Positions 49,012 through 59,417 are shown, numbered from the whole stretch's first letter. The stretch: DNA of 63,100 bases, filler included, from Candidatus Hydrogenedentota bacterium (GCA_040752395.1; 4 parts of 4 records of this genome joined end to end with filler, not necessarily neighbours in it), one strand, 5' to 3'. A program made the numbers and translations. The notes: generated from the sequence alone by a model not told the origin.

Positions 49012-51693
49012 ATGGAGATAAAAAGGATGGAGACGCGGTATAATCCCGCAAGTTTTGAAACAAAATGGTATAATTTCTGGCTATTAAAGAGGTATTTTCA
49101 TTCAGAGATAGACCCCGGTACAAAACCTTATGTAATAGTTATTCCACCGCCCAATGTCACTGGTGTTTTACATATGGGTCATGGATTGAATAACACTATT
49201 CAGGATATTTTAATCCGGATGTATCGGAAACTCGGGTTTAATACATGCTGGGTTCCGGGGACAGACCATGCTGGCATAGCGACACAGAATGTAGTTGAAA
49301 AAAAGCTTTTAAGTGAGGGTAAGACTCGTGAATCTTTTACTCGTTCTGAATTTCTTAATGAGGTATGGAAATGGAAAGAAGAGCACGGCAGTACAATAAT
49401 CAAGCAATTGAAACGGTTAGGGGCTTTATGTGATTGGGAGCGGGAGCGGTTCACAATGGATGAGGGGTTATCAAGGGCTGTCAAAGAGGTATTTATCCGT
49501 TTATTTGAGAATGGGCTTGTTTACAGAGATGAGTATATAATAAATTGGTGTGTACGATGTAAAACCGCTTTAAGTGATGAAGAGGTAGAGTATAAAGAAA
49601 CTACGGGTAAATTATATTATATAAAATATCCTTTAGAGAACAATAATAATTACATTATTGTAGCGACCACAAGACCCGAGACAATGCTCGGTGATACAGC
49701 AGTAGCGGTTCATCCTGATGACAATAGATACAAACAATATTGGGGGAAGTACATTATATTACCTCTTATGAGAAGAAAGATACCGCTTATTTGTGATTCT
49801 GTTGTTTTAATGGAATTTGGTACCGGTGCTGTTAAGGTTACTCCTTCTCATGACCCTAATGATTTTGAGATCGGAAAAAGGCATAATTTGCAGTTTATAA
49901 ACATTTTAAATCCAGACGGTACATTAAACAATAATGTAGCTCCATATAATGGGCTTGATAGATTTAGAGCAAGAGAGAGAGTCATTGAAGATTTAAAAAA
50001 AGAGAATTTAATCGAAAAGATTGAATCGTATAAACATTCAGTGGGACATTGCTATAGATGCGATACAGTTATCGAACCTTATATATCTAAACAATGGTTT
50101 GTTAAGATGAGACCGCTTGCCGAACCCGCAATAGATGTTGTTAAAAAAGAGAGGATAAAATTTTATCCTTCAAGATGGCGTGGTGTTTATCTTAACTGGA
50201 TGGAGAATATTAAGGACTGGTGCATCTCTCGCCAGATATGGTGGGGACACAGGATACCTGTATGGTACTGTAAAAAGATGGAGAATGAGGATTGCAGAAT
50301 AAAAAATGGTGTTATAGTTAGAAGAGATCAGCCAAAAGAGTGCCCTTATTGTGGAGCTACTGAATTGGTACAGGATGCGGATGTTCTTGATACCTGGTTT
50401 TCATCTGCATTATGGCCGTTCTCGACACTCGGCTGGCCAGAAGAAACAGAGGAATTAAAATATTATTATCCAACAACAGTTCTTGTAACAGACCCTGGTA
50501 TAATTTTCTTCTGGGTTGCGCGTATGATTATGATGGGGCTTTTTTTTATGAAAGAGATACCCTTCTCTGATGTTTACATCCACGGAACAGTGATGGATGC
50601 AATTGGCAGAAAGATGTCAAAGAGTTTAGGGAATGGGATCGATCCATTAGAGGTTATAGATAAATACGGGGCTGATGCGCTCAGATTTACTATTACAGCT
50701 ATAACCCCAACAGGTCAGAATCTTTTATTATCAATGGATAAATTTTCAATAGGTCAGAATTTTGCTAATAAATTATGGAATGCTGCAAGATTTCTTAAGA
50801 TGAAGGTAATCTCTGATAGAATACAAACAATAGATTTAAAAATTAACACAGACGATTTATCTTTTATGGATAGATGGATACTATCTTTATTAGACAAATT
50901 AATAGAGGATACAGAGCAGAATTTGAGGATATATAAACTTAATGAGATAGCTATGGATATTTATGCTTATTTCTGGCATGAATATTGTGATTGGTATCTT
51001 GAGTTTTTAAAAATAGATATTAGAGAGAATACCAGCCTAACAAAAAGAGAGACAGCAATCTATATCTTTAATTCTCTTCTTTCCCTGCTTCATCCTTTTA
51101 TCCCATTTATAACCGAGGAGATATATCAGTCGTTCCCACATTCATACGATAGCATTATGATAACTCCTTTTCCTGCAAAGTTATCCATAAATTTTGATAA
51201 AGAAGAATCAGAAAAAATAGAGTACTTAAAAGAATTAATTAATGGCATCAGAAACATAAGGTCTATATTTTTAGCTGGCAGAGAAGAATACGTGGGAATA
51301 AACGTCGAAGATACAGAAACCACAGCCAGAGATTTGATAAAAGAATATTCAGTTTTTATTAAGACACTTGCAAAAGTAAAAGAGATTAATTTCTTAAAAA
51401 GTCCTGAATCAGTTTTACGTTCAGCAATTTTTGTTACCAAATACGGAGCTATCGGTATTCCTTTAAGCGATAAAATAAAAATTGATAAACAATATAAAAA
51501 ATTATTAAAAGAAAAGGAGATTATTAGTAGAAGAGTAATCAAGATTCAATCAAGGTTAAATAATAAAGATTTTCTTTCCAAAGCACCGTTTGAGATTTGT
51601 GAACAAACAAAAGAAGATCTGGATAAGTTTCAGGGAAAATTGAAACGCATAGAAGAGAGTTTGAAGATGATAGAGAGAATATATAATAAATAA
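49012..51693 (+). CDS. valS: Valine--tRNA ligase
   Basis: PPPNVTGVLHMGH, DWCISRQIWWGH, KMSKS, C-terminal coiled coil. Confidence 0.98.
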   Translation: MEIKRMETRYNPASFETKWYNFWLLKRYFHSEIDPGTKPYVIVIPPPNVTGVLHMGHGLNNTIQDILIRMYRKLGFNTCWVPGTDHAGIATQNVVEKKLLSEGKTRESFTRSEFLNEVWKWKEEHGSTIIKQLKRLGALCDWERERFTMDEGLSRAVKEVFIRLFENGLVYRDEYIINWCVRCKTALSDEEVEYKETTGKLYYIKYPLENNNNYIIVATTRPETMLGDTAVAVHPDDNRYKQYWGKYIILPLMRRKIPLICDSVVLMEFGTGAVKVTPSHDPNDFEIGKRHNLQFINILNPDGTLNNNVAPYNGLDRFRARERVIEDLKKENLIEKIESYKHSVGHCYRCDTVIEPYISKQWFVKMRPLAEPAIDVVKKERIKFYPSRWRGVYLNWMENIKDWCISRQIWWGHRIPVWYCKKMENEDCRIKNGVIVRRDQPKECPYCGATELVQDADVLDTWFSSALWPFSTLGWPEETEELKYYYPTTVLVTDPGIIFFWVARMIMMGLFFMKEIPFSDVYIHGTVMDAIGRKMSKSLGNGIDPLEVIDKYGADALRFTITAITPTGQNLLLSMDKFSIGQNFANKLWNAARFLKMKVISDRIQTIDLKINTDDLSFMDRWILSLLDKLIEDTEQNLRIYKLNEIAMDIYAYFWHEYCDWYLEFLKIDIRENTSLTKRETAIYIFNSLLSLLHPFIPFITEEIYQSFPHSYDSIMITPFPAKLSINFDKEESEKIEYLKELINGIRNIRSIFLAGREEYVGINVEDTETTARDLIKEYSVFIKTLAKVKEINFLKSPESVLRSAIFVTKYGAIGIPLSDKIKIDKQYKKLLKEKEIISRRVIKIQSRLNNKDFLSKAPFEICEQTKEDLDKFQGKLKRIEESLKMIERIYNK

Positions 51694-51697
51694 AAAA

Positions 51698-51809
51698 TAG
51701 GAGACAGGAGACAGAATACAGAAGACAGAAGGAGAAGACACAAAGGAGTTCGTAATAATAGATCCGAGCTTCGAGCTCCGAACTCCGAACTCCGAACTTT
51801 TTCAAAGGA
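51698..51809 (+). mobile_element. Heptamer tract plus AGGA-bounded (CCGAACT)n element
   Basis: (AGRAGAC)n then AGGAG-TTCGTAATAATAG...CCGAACTTTTTCAA-AGGA; homolog at 46799-46844. Confidence 0.78.
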
Positions 51810-51815
51810 TGTAAT

Positions 51816-52712
51816 ATGGAAAATGAGGTATCGGGTAGAAAACAGAAGATTGAATTGATTGAGAGATTATCAACAAGTAATGACCCGGATAATCTTGCAC
51901 GACTTGTTAATTTTCTTCTTGATGATGATAACGAGATAAGGAGGGTTGTTATCGTATCTTTGACCCGGATTAATAGAGAAGTGATATTAGAATCTTTTCC
52001 AAAGATTGAGGACCGACTTAAACCATTTGTAGCTAAATTATTACAAAAGATTGATACAGGCATCGCAGACAAGTTGGTCAGAGATTTGCAGCATATGGAT
52101 TCAAACAGGAGAGTCAGAGCCATAGATTTAATGGTGCGGCTGGGGAAAAAAGAAGGTGTACGAGAAGCCCTTAAAAATGTAATTAAAGATAATGACTCTA
52201 AAGTAAGGGCTTCTTCTATTAAAGCAATAGGTTTACTCGGGGATAGCAGGGACTTAGGTGACTTAATAAGTATGGTTAATGACCCTGACCCACGTGTCAG
52301 AGCAAATGTAATCGAGGCTTTTGAAAAAATAGGAGATGATAGTGTTGTATGGCTGCTTCTTAGATTTTCGTCGGATGAAAATAATCGAATCAGAGCCAAT
52401 GCTATGAAAGCTTTATGGCACTTTGGTTATAAAGATATAGAAGGTAAGTTGAAGAAGATGTTATTTGATGAGAATGAATGGATGAGAGCGAGTGCATGCT
52501 GGGTGATAGGTGAGTTACGAGATGAAAATTTATTATCTTTATTATTAATGCGTCTGAATGATACGAGCCCAAACGTACGAATTAATATTGTAAGAGCACT
52601 TGATAAAATAGGTTCAGCACTATGTATAAAAAAACTTGAAGAAATGCAGGACGACCCATCTGCTGAAGTAAGAGCTGCTGTTATAAATGTTTTATCAAGA
52701 ATAGGTAGATAA
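51816..52712 (+). CDS. HEAT-repeat protein
   Basis: Repeated D.D.RVRA.A..A.G units. Confidence 0.88.
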   Translation: MENEVSGRKQKIELIERLSTSNDPDNLARLVNFLLDDDNEIRRVVIVSLTRINREVILESFPKIEDRLKPFVAKLLQKIDTGIADKLVRDLQHMDSNRRVRAIDLMVRLGKKEGVREALKNVIKDNDSKVRASSIKAIGLLGDSRDLGDLISMVNDPDPRVRANVIEAFEKIGDDSVVWLLLRFSSDENNRIRANAMKALWHFGYKDIEGKLKKMLFDENEWMRASACWVIGELRDENLLSLLLMRLNDTSPNVRINIVRALDKIGSALCIKKLEEMQDDPSAEVRAAVINVLSRIGR

Positions 52713-52716
52713 TTGG

Positions 52717-53511
52717 ATGTTAATAGGTATAATTCAAATCTCGGCAACCTCTGATTATAAATATAACTTTGATAAAGTCTGTGGATACGTGATAAAAATG
52801 ACGGATTGTGAATTGATAGTTCTACCTGAAGTTTTCCTTTATCGTGGAGATAATAGAAAGATTAAAGAGGTGTATAATTTTTATAGAAAAAAGGTTTATC
52901 CTTATTTGTTGGATTTTTCAAAAAAAAATAATCTATGTTTAATTGCAGGAACACTTCTTATCCCTTTTTATAGAAAATTTAAAAATACAGCTGAAGTTTT
53001 ATATAAAGGAGATAAAATAGCTAATTATACAAAAATACATCTTTTTAAAATAGACTCTGGAGAAAAAAAGATAAATGAAGGAGAATATCTATCAAGTGGT
53101 AAAAGACCCGTTGTATTCAAGTTCAATGATTGGCTGATCGGTTTAGGGATATGTTTTGATTTACGTTTCCCTGAACTTTTCAGATATTATGCAAAAAAGA
53201 GGGTCGATATAATTGTGATACCATCGAATTTTTTATATAAAACAGGGAAAAAACACTGGACGGTTTTATTAAGAGCAAGAGCGATTGAAAACCAGTGTTT
53301 TGTAATAGCTGCAAATCAATGCGGGATTCATCCATACCTCAAAATACCAGCCTATGGCCATTCTATGGTGATAGGTCCTGATGGCGAAATAGTAGACGAG
53401 ATAAGAAACAGGGAAGGCATTATAAAGGTTGATATATCTAAAAAGCAGATAATAGAGAGTAGAACGCAACTCTGTTCTTTGCCGCGTGGTCTCAGCCGTA
53501 ACTCGGGTTAG
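52717..53511 (+). CDS. Carbon-nitrogen hydrolase (Nit-like)
   Basis: VLPE, YTKIHLF, ICFDLRFPEL, LRARAIENQ, YGHSMV. Confidence 0.92.
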   Translation: MLIGIIQISATSDYKYNFDKVCGYVIKMTDCELIVLPEVFLYRGDNRKIKEVYNFYRKKVYPYLLDFSKKNNLCLIAGTLLIPFYRKFKNTAEVLYKGDKIANYTKIHLFKIDSGEKKINEGEYLSSGKRPVVFKFNDWLIGLGICFDLRFPELFRYYAKKRVDIIVIPSNFLYKTGKKHWTVLLRARAIENQCFVIAANQCGIHPYLKIPAYGHSMVIGPDGEIVDEIRNREGIIKVDISKKQIIESRTQLCSLPRGLSRNSG

Positions 53512-53577
53512 AAAATATTGACCTGGCAGCGGTTAGCTAATATCAGTGGTTTGATATGTGGGTTCTCTCATCAGGAT

Positions 53578-54456
53578 TTATCGAATATCTTTTATAAGAT
53601 ATTTCCAGGGATCGACCTTTGTCTTGTTTATACTAATCTCATAATGGAGATGAGGGCCTGTTGACAAACCTGAGTTTCCGAGTAAACCTATTACATCACC
53701 CCGCTTAACTTTCTGACCATCTTTTACTTTTATCTTATAAAGATGACCATACATCGTTTCATAATTGAACCTGTGTTTAATAACAACGCAGTTTCCAAAA
53801 CCGATTTTCCTGTCTGCAAATGTTACTGCACCGTCAGCTGTGGCAAAAATTTTTGATTTATAAGGAGCAACTATATCTATTCCTTCGTGAAACTCTAAAA
53901 GATAGGTAAAAGGATTTATTCGATAGCCAAAGGGGGAGCTTATATAATATGAAGTTGATAAATCAATCGGCCAGCCAATCGGCGTTGCCTTAAATATATT
54001 TGTAAGTTCACGATAAAACTCCTCAAGTTTTAGAAGATCCTGGTCAACAGAACCTTTATTAATAGATTTTATAATAAGATCATTGCCATCAACACTCCCA
54101 GCAATAACGTTATTTACCTTGTTATCTAATGGAAAGCCACCAATATTTTTTGTAACATCGTCTTTCGATGAAGAGAATGCATAACGATGAAGTTTAGACA
54201 GCAGTGTTTCGTAAACATCGATTTTTTGTGATTGATTGTTTATTTCTTTTTGTTGTTTGTAAGTTATATCCATAAAATGAATCACATCTTTTATATGAGA
54301 GAGACTGCTTAAAATAGGTATTATAAATAATACTAAAACACCTAAAAGACTCGCATATAAAAGGTTCTTTGATATTTTAAGGGAGAACATTCTTTTTGAA
54401 TCAGGTGTTACAATAACAAATGTAAATCGTTTTTTAATCTTCCATCTGCTTGACAT
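53578..54456 (-). CDS. M23 family peptidase
   Basis: FHEGIDI, YGHL, STGPHLHYEI, N-terminal TM helix. Confidence 0.93.
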   Translation of the reverse strand: MSSRWKIKKRFTFVIVTPDSKRMFSLKISKNLLYASLLGVLVLFIIPILSSLSHIKDVIHFMDITYKQQKEINNQSQKIDVYETLLSKLHRYAFSSSKDDVTKNIGGFPLDNKVNNVIAGSVDGNDLIIKSINKGSVDQDLLKLEEFYRELTNIFKATPIGWPIDLSTSYYISSPFGYRINPFTYLLEFHEGIDIVAPYKSKIFATADGAVTFADRKIGFGNCVVIKHRFNYETMYGHLYKIKVKDGQKVKRGDVIGLLGNSGLSTGPHLHYEISINKTKVDPWKYLIKDIR

Positions 54457-54477
54457 ATTAAATTCCAGGGTGCCTAT

Positions 54478-54669
54478 CTAAAGTATTTTTATTATTTTAT
54501 TATTTTTAATACAATTGGTGCAGACATAGCCGCGGGTCTTTTTTTCATTTAATACAAATGTTAATTTCTGCAAATTAGGATTAAATCTACGATTGGTCTT
54601 TCTGTTTGAATGGCTTACATTATGTCCTGAAGACGATTTCTTACCGCAGACTTTACACTCTTTACTCAT
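54478..54669 (-). CDS. rpmB: 50S ribosomal protein L28
   Basis: [33 protein letters not shown]. Confidence 0.96.
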   Translation of the reverse strand: MSKECKVCGKKSSSGHNVSHSNRKTNRRFNPNLQKLTFVLNEKKTRGYVCTNCIKNNKIIKIL

Positions 54670-54747
54670 ATATTAATTTTACTCATAATTAAGATATTTG
54701 TCAAATTTTTTATTTATTTTTTTTGGAAATTATGTAAACTTTAATCT

Positions 54748-56742
54748 ATGTGGGATGAATTGAAAAAAAAAGGATTAATAACATTAAAAGGTATAGGCGA
54801 ATATAGAGTCAGGCTATTAAAGATACTGGGAATCGAAACTGCTTATGATTTAATATTTTATTTTCCAAGAACTTATAAAATTAGATTAAGACCTGTAAAA
54901 ATTTCTAATATTAAAACAGGGCTTTATGCTATTGCTGGCATTATTCTAAAAAAAGATTTTAGTACCCCTTATGGAAATTATAAAAAAAGATATCTTGTGA
55001 TCACAGTCTCTGATAATAGCGGGAGTGTAAAATTAATAGCATTTCAAAGGAGGGCTTTGTTTTTGAATTCTTCTTTTAAAAAGGGTGATAATGTTTATGT
55101 GGAGGGACATTTTGTAAAAGAGGGAGATATTCTTCAATCCACAAGATTTGATATAGAAAAAGATACTAAAAATAGATTTTCTATATTACCTGTTTATCCG
55201 TTAAAAGAGGGTGGTGTTGGTCAGAAGTTTTTAAGAAATATAATACATTTTGCTTTAAGTAATTCTGATTTTTCAAATTACGGGTACAGTGTATCTTTAT
55301 TTAAAAGGGCTGGTTTAAAGACACCTGATAATGCAATAAAAGGTCTACATTTTCCCGACTCTTTAGAGGATGCTGAAAAATCAAGAAAAACATTTGCTTT
55401 TTTAAAACTAATAGAATGGAAGAAATCCTCGATTTTAGAGAGAAGAAAAAGGATGAAGTATTACATAAAACCGGTTAATATTAATCTAAGTAAATTTGAT
55501 TTTCTTTACAAACTGCCGTATAAATTAACTACCAGTCAGATAGATTTTTTGACTAAAATAAAACAAGACCTTTCTTTTAATTATCCTTTTGAGAGGTTAT
55601 TACAGGGCGAGGTTGGAACAGGTAAAACAATAGTAGCGATAACTTCTATAATAATGGCTTTAGAGAATGGTGGTCAGGGAGCATTTGTTGTTCCTACTGA
55701 GATACTTGCTCAGCAAATCTTCTGGAATTATAAAGAAATAATAGAAAAGAACACAAAACTGAAAACCGCTGTATTATATGGTGGTTTGTCCGAGAAAGAT
55801 AAAAATAATATTTGTGATATGATACAAGATGGGAAGATTGATATAGTATTTGGTACCCATAGTTTATTTTCAGAAAAAGTATATTTCAAAGATTTACGTG
55901 TGCTGGTAATCGATGAAGAGCATAGATTCGGTGTTAACCAGAAGTTGAAACTTCTACTTAATAAAGGTTCGAGACCACATCTTGTGGTAATGACAGCAAC
56001 GCCTATACCGCGTTCCTGTGCGATAGTATTGTATGGCGGTATGGATATCTCTTTTCTTTTAGAACAACCTTTTGGTCAAAGAAATGTTAAAACTCTATTA
56101 TTAAAAAGATCATCGAAGAAAAAGTTGTTCGAAGGATTGAAAAGAGAGATAAATAAAGGAAGATCCGTGTATTATATCTGCCCTCTGATAGAAGAAATGG
56201 AGAATAAGAGTGACGTAGCAAATGTGATAGAGAGAACAAAAGAAATCATCTCCTGTGGATTTAAGGCTAATTGTTTATACAGCAGGTTATCGACTCAGGA
56301 AAAAATAAAAGTTTTAGACGAATTTAAGAAAAAAGAGATAGACATCCTTGTCTCAACAACTGTTATTGAGGTTGGACTTGACATACATAATGCAGGTATA
56401 ATTGTTATAGAGAATCCGGAGCGGTTCGGTATGGCGCAGCTTCATCAGTTGAGGGGAAGGGTAGGTCGGGATGGACGGCTGGGTTATTGTGTTTTATTTT
56501 ATGATGATAATCTAAATTACATAAGTTTGAAGAGGTTACGTGCTTTTGCAAGGCAAACATCAGGATATAATGTTTCAATGGAGGATTTAAAACTTCGCGG
56601 GCCCGGAGAGATTGAAGGCATAAAACAGACCGGATTTCACTTTATGTATCCATTTGAGCCGATCAAAGATGATGACCTTATGAAAACATTAGACACTTTC
56701 AACGACGAAGAAATTGTTAATGTACCCCCCAGTTATAGGTGA
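54748..56742 (+). CDS. recG: ATP-dependent DNA helicase RecG
   Basis: LLQGEVGTGKT, DEEHRFG, TATPIPR, QLHQLRGRVGR, DLKLRGPGE. Confidence 0.93.
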   Translation: MWDELKKKGLITLKGIGEYRVRLLKILGIETAYDLIFYFPRTYKIRLRPVKISNIKTGLYAIAGIILKKDFSTPYGNYKKRYLVITVSDNSGSVKLIAFQRRALFLNSSFKKGDNVYVEGHFVKEGDILQSTRFDIEKDTKNRFSILPVYPLKEGGVGQKFLRNIIHFALSNSDFSNYGYSVSLFKRAGLKTPDNAIKGLHFPDSLEDAEKSRKTFAFLKLIEWKKSSILERRKRMKYYIKPVNINLSKFDFLYKLPYKLTTSQIDFLTKIKQDLSFNYPFERLLQGEVGTGKTIVAITSIIMALENGGQGAFVVPTEILAQQIFWNYKEIIEKNTKLKTAVLYGGLSEKDKNNICDMIQDGKIDIVFGTHSLFSEKVYFKDLRVLVIDEEHRFGVNQKLKLLLNKGSRPHLVVMTATPIPRSCAIVLYGGMDISFLLEQPFGQRNVKTLLLKRSSKKKLFEGLKREINKGRSVYYICPLIEEMENKSDVANVIERTKEIISCGFKANCLYSRLSTQEKIKVLDEFKKKEIDILVSTTVIEVGLDIHNAGIIVIENPERFGMAQLHQLRGRVGRDGRLGYCVLFYDDNLNYISLKRLRAFARQTSGYNVSMEDLKLRGPGEIEGIKQTGFHFMYPFEPIKDDDLMKTLDTFNDEEIVNVPPSYR

Positions 56743-56806
56743 AATTAAGAAGCAAGATAACGAAATTCTACAGCGCATTAATTTGGACAAATCAGGTTGT
56801 AGACAA

Positions 56807-57139
56807 TCAAAAAGGAGGATTCCCCAGAGCCTCGTTTGATTTTTCCTGCAGCGGTTCTTCTATAGATATATCTTTTTGCTGTTTTACTTTTTCATATTCA
56901 TCGAGGATGAGTTTCTGCAGGTCTTCGCGTGCGTCTCTTGTTATAGGGAAAAATATATCTTCGAATTTTCCTTCGCCTGTGCCTTTACTTGGCATCGAGA
57001 CAAATAAACCATTCTGACCCTCAATGATTCTAAAACCACGCACTACAAAACATTCATTAATAAGAAGGTCAGCAAAACCACGTAGTTTATCCTTATTAAA
57101 TATTTTGAGTCTCGAGACTTTTAAATTTAAACCTTCCAT
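56807..57139 (-). CDS. spoVG: SpoVG family nucleic-acid-binding protein
   Basis: FVVRGFRIIEGQNGLFVSMPS, FEDIFFPI. Confidence 0.9.
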   Translation of the reverse strand: MEGLNLKVSRLKIFNKDKLRGFADLLINECFVVRGFRIIEGQNGLFVSMPSKGTGEGKFEDIFFPITRDAREDLQKLILDEYEKVKQQKDISIEEPLQEKSNEALGNPPF

Positions 57140-57145
57140 AAAATC

Positions 57146-57193
57146 CTCCTATGAAAAGAAGCAAGAAGCAAGATAACGAAAAAAGTAAGAAGT
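57146..57193 (-). repeat. Internally deleted modular element at the spoVG SD
   Basis: CTCCTATGAAAA-GAAGCAAGAAGCAAGATAACGAAAAAGTAAGAAGTG, matching modules of the 46663 copy. Confidence 0.7.
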
Positions 57194-57198
57194 GTATA

Positions 57199-58071
57199 CT
57201 AGGCATTTACAAGCAAATGAAATAGTTCAGCCTTTTTTAATTCGTTGGATAGATTCATAACAATGTATTCTATATCAGTTTTTGATAAACCTGTCATTTT
57301 CCATGCTATCTCACTTAGAGGTGGGATTCTACCTTCTTTCAGACCTATTTTTTGGGAATAAATTATTATGTCTGATATATGAACTATAGCAGGAAAAATA
57401 AAGAACTCCTTTGCTTCTTCTGGTTTATGATGGTAATGTATGGAGTACTCAAGTGATAGAGGTAATTTCCAGTGTTTAGCGAGCCACATTCCCACATCTG
57501 AATGGTTAAACCCGAATACAGATTCTTCTGCTTCAAAATCAAGATAATTGTTTTCCTTTATAGCTTTTATGACATCTTCGTAGTCTTTTCTTGCATATTC
57601 AATCATAATTATTTTACCGAGGTCGTGTAATATTCCTGAAACAAAAACTTCTTCCTGTTCTTTCTCGAGTCTCATTCTCTGGGCTATCATTCGCGAGCAT
57701 ACGCCAACACCGATTGAATGTTGCCAGAAAAGATTCAAATTAATAATCTCTTTTATTTCTGTTGAGGTATTGGTCATTTTAAATCTATCGAAAACAGTTG
57801 TAGATAAAGCTAAACTTTTTATAGTATTAAATCCTAAAATTATGATAGCCTGGGTTACAGTTGAGATCTTGCCTGAAAACCCATAAAAAGCCGAGTTTAC
57901 AAGTCTTAATATTTTTGAAAGAAATGCCTGGTCATGTTGAACCAGATTATTTATTTCCTGTGGTGTTACTTCAGGGTCTTCGAGCTTTTTTAGTATTTCT
58001 TGTATAATTATAGGTAGGGTGGGAAGTTTTTCAATATGTTCTACCAATTTTTTAATACCGGATTTCACCAT
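57199..58071 (-). CDS. HDOD domain protein
   Basis: LPTLP, ILRLVNSAFYG, FWQHS, ILHDLGK, W.LP. Confidence 0.93.
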   Translation of the reverse strand: MVKSGIKKLVEHIEKLPTLPIIIQEILKKLEDPEVTPQEINNLVQHDQAFLSKILRLVNSAFYGFSGKISTVTQAIIILGFNTIKSLALSTTVFDRFKMTNTSTEIKEIINLNLFWQHSIGVGVCSRMIAQRMRLEKEQEEVFVSGILHDLGKIIMIEYARKDYEDVIKAIKENNYLDFEAEESVFGFNHSDVGMWLAKHWKLPLSLEYSIHYHHKPEEAKEFFIFPAIVHISDIIIYSQKIGLKEGRIPPLSEIAWKMTGLSKTDIEYIVMNLSNELKKAELFHLLVNA

Positions 58072-58103
58072 AAAATTTTCAGTCTCTTTGTATTTTGCAT
58101 TTT

Positions 58104-58172
58104 TTTACCCTGTTAAATAAGTTAAAATCATATCTAATCATAATTGAATACTCCTATATCTAACGGGGTGAA
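58104..58172. mobile_element. Short MITE-like element with 16-bp inverted ends
   Basis: TTTACCCTGTTAAATA / TATCTAACGGGGTGAA (13 of 16 match). Confidence 0.6.
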
Positions 58173-58196
58173 ACATTCCATAGGATATTGCATAAC

Positions 58197-58718
58197 TCAT
58201 TCAGAATCATATTTTATGATGGTATATACAGGATAATTCTTTAGTTTTTCTCTACCTTTTAAAAAGCTGAGTTCTATTAAGAAAAATATCTCAACAACAA
58301 TACCACCGAGTTTTTCAACAAGTTCAACAGATGCTTTAGCAGTCCCTCCTGTTGCAATAAGGTCATCTATAATTAACACCCGTTCCCCTTTTACTATCGC
58401 ATCTCTGTGTATTTCTATGCTATCAGTGCCGTATTCAAGTTCATAAGAGGCAGAGATAGTTTCTGCAGGCAGTTTACCTGGTTTTCTTGCAGGCACAAAT
58501 CCTATACCAAGATTAGATGCTAATGATGCACCGAAGATAAATCCCCTTGATTCTATCCCAACAATTTTTTGTAAATTATATTTTTTATATCTTTCAGTTA
58601 ATTCCAAGATAAGATTAGAAAATACTTTTCCGTTTTTAACAAGTGTTGTTATGTCTTTAAAAATGATCCCTTTTTTAGGAAAATTAGGGACATCTCTTAT
58701 AAATTCGGCATAATTCAT
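58197..58718 (-). CDS. apt: Adenine phosphoribosyltransferase
   Basis: [35 protein letters not shown]; likely true start ATG 58718. Confidence 0.96.
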   Translation of the reverse strand: MNYAEFIRDVPNFPKKGIIFKDITTLVKNGKVFSNLILELTERYKKYNLQKIVGIESRGFIFGASLASNLGIGFVPARKPGKLPAETISASYELEYGTDSIEIHRDAIVKGERVLIIDDLIATGGTAKASVELVEKLGGIVVEIFFLIELSFLKGREKLKNYPVYTIIKYDSE

Positions 58719-58724
58719 AATCGT

Positions 58725-58787
58725 CTCCTCTGAAAAACGCTGTAACTCTAATAATATCAAATAGAAGCAAGAGGCAAGAAGCAAGGA
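58725..58787 (-). mobile_element. Modular heptamer element between upp and apt
   Basis: CTCCTCTGAAAAACGCTGTAACTCTAATAATATCAAAT(AGAAGCA)x3. Confidence 0.82.
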
Positions 58788-58793
58788 TTACTA

Positions 58794-59417
58794 TTATTCG
58801 TACGTGCCGTACAGTCTGTCGCCTGCATCACCAAGACCAGGAAGAATATATCCTTTATCATTTAATTTTCTATCAAGAGCCACTGCAAAAATCTTCACAT
58901 CGGGATGATGTTTTTCCATAAGTTTTATGCCTTCGGGTGCAGCTACGAGACAGAAATATCTTAAATCTTTAACACCCTGTGATTTAAGATAATCGCAAGA
59001 AGATTTAGCACTACCACCTGTTGCCAACATAGGATCTAATAAAATTACGGTTTTCTTTGCAATAAAAAGCGGTAGATTTCTGTAATAATCCACGGGTTCA
59101 AGCGTTTCTTCGTTTCTGTATAATCCCATAAACCCTATTTTTGCATCACCGATAACATTCAGAAACCCATCAACCATTCCAAGACCTGCACGAAGTATAG
59201 GGACTAATACGATATCTTTTTTTACTTTAACTCCTGTAGTTTTCTCAAGCGGCGTCTTGACGTTTATCTTGATAACTTCTACGTCTTCAAGTATAGCAAA
59301 AACAGACATCGCTGTAATCTCTTTTAGAAGTCTTCTTACTGTATAAAAAGGTGTATTTTTGTTACGGATTTCTGATAGTTTTGCTTTTAATACCGGATGA
59401 TCTAATATTTTTAACAT
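58794..59417 (-). CDS. upp: Uracil phosphoribosyltransferase
   Basis: VPILRAGLGM, LDPMLATGGS, YILPGLGDAGDR. Confidence 0.97.
   Translation of the reverse strand: MLKILDHPVLKAKLSEIRNKNTPFYTVRRLLKEITAMSVFAILEDVEVIKINVKTPLEKTTGVKVKKDIVLVPILRAGLGMVDGFLNVIGDAKIGFMGLYRNEETLEPVDYYRNLPLFIAKKTVILLDPMLATGGSAKSSCDYLKSQGVKDLRYFCLVAAPEGIKLMEKHHPDVKIFAVALDRKLNDKGYILPGLGDAGDRLYGTYE

Noticed and set aside
51539-52399. 286-aa antisense ORF; also 36223-36885 and many shorter shadow ORFs
   Set aside because: Antisense to well-supported genes, with no recognisable motifs
53550-53577. Hammerhead ribozyme (CTGATGAG on the minus strand)
   Set aside because: No stem II followed by GAAA; the SRP, 6S and cobalamin-riboswitch cores are also absent
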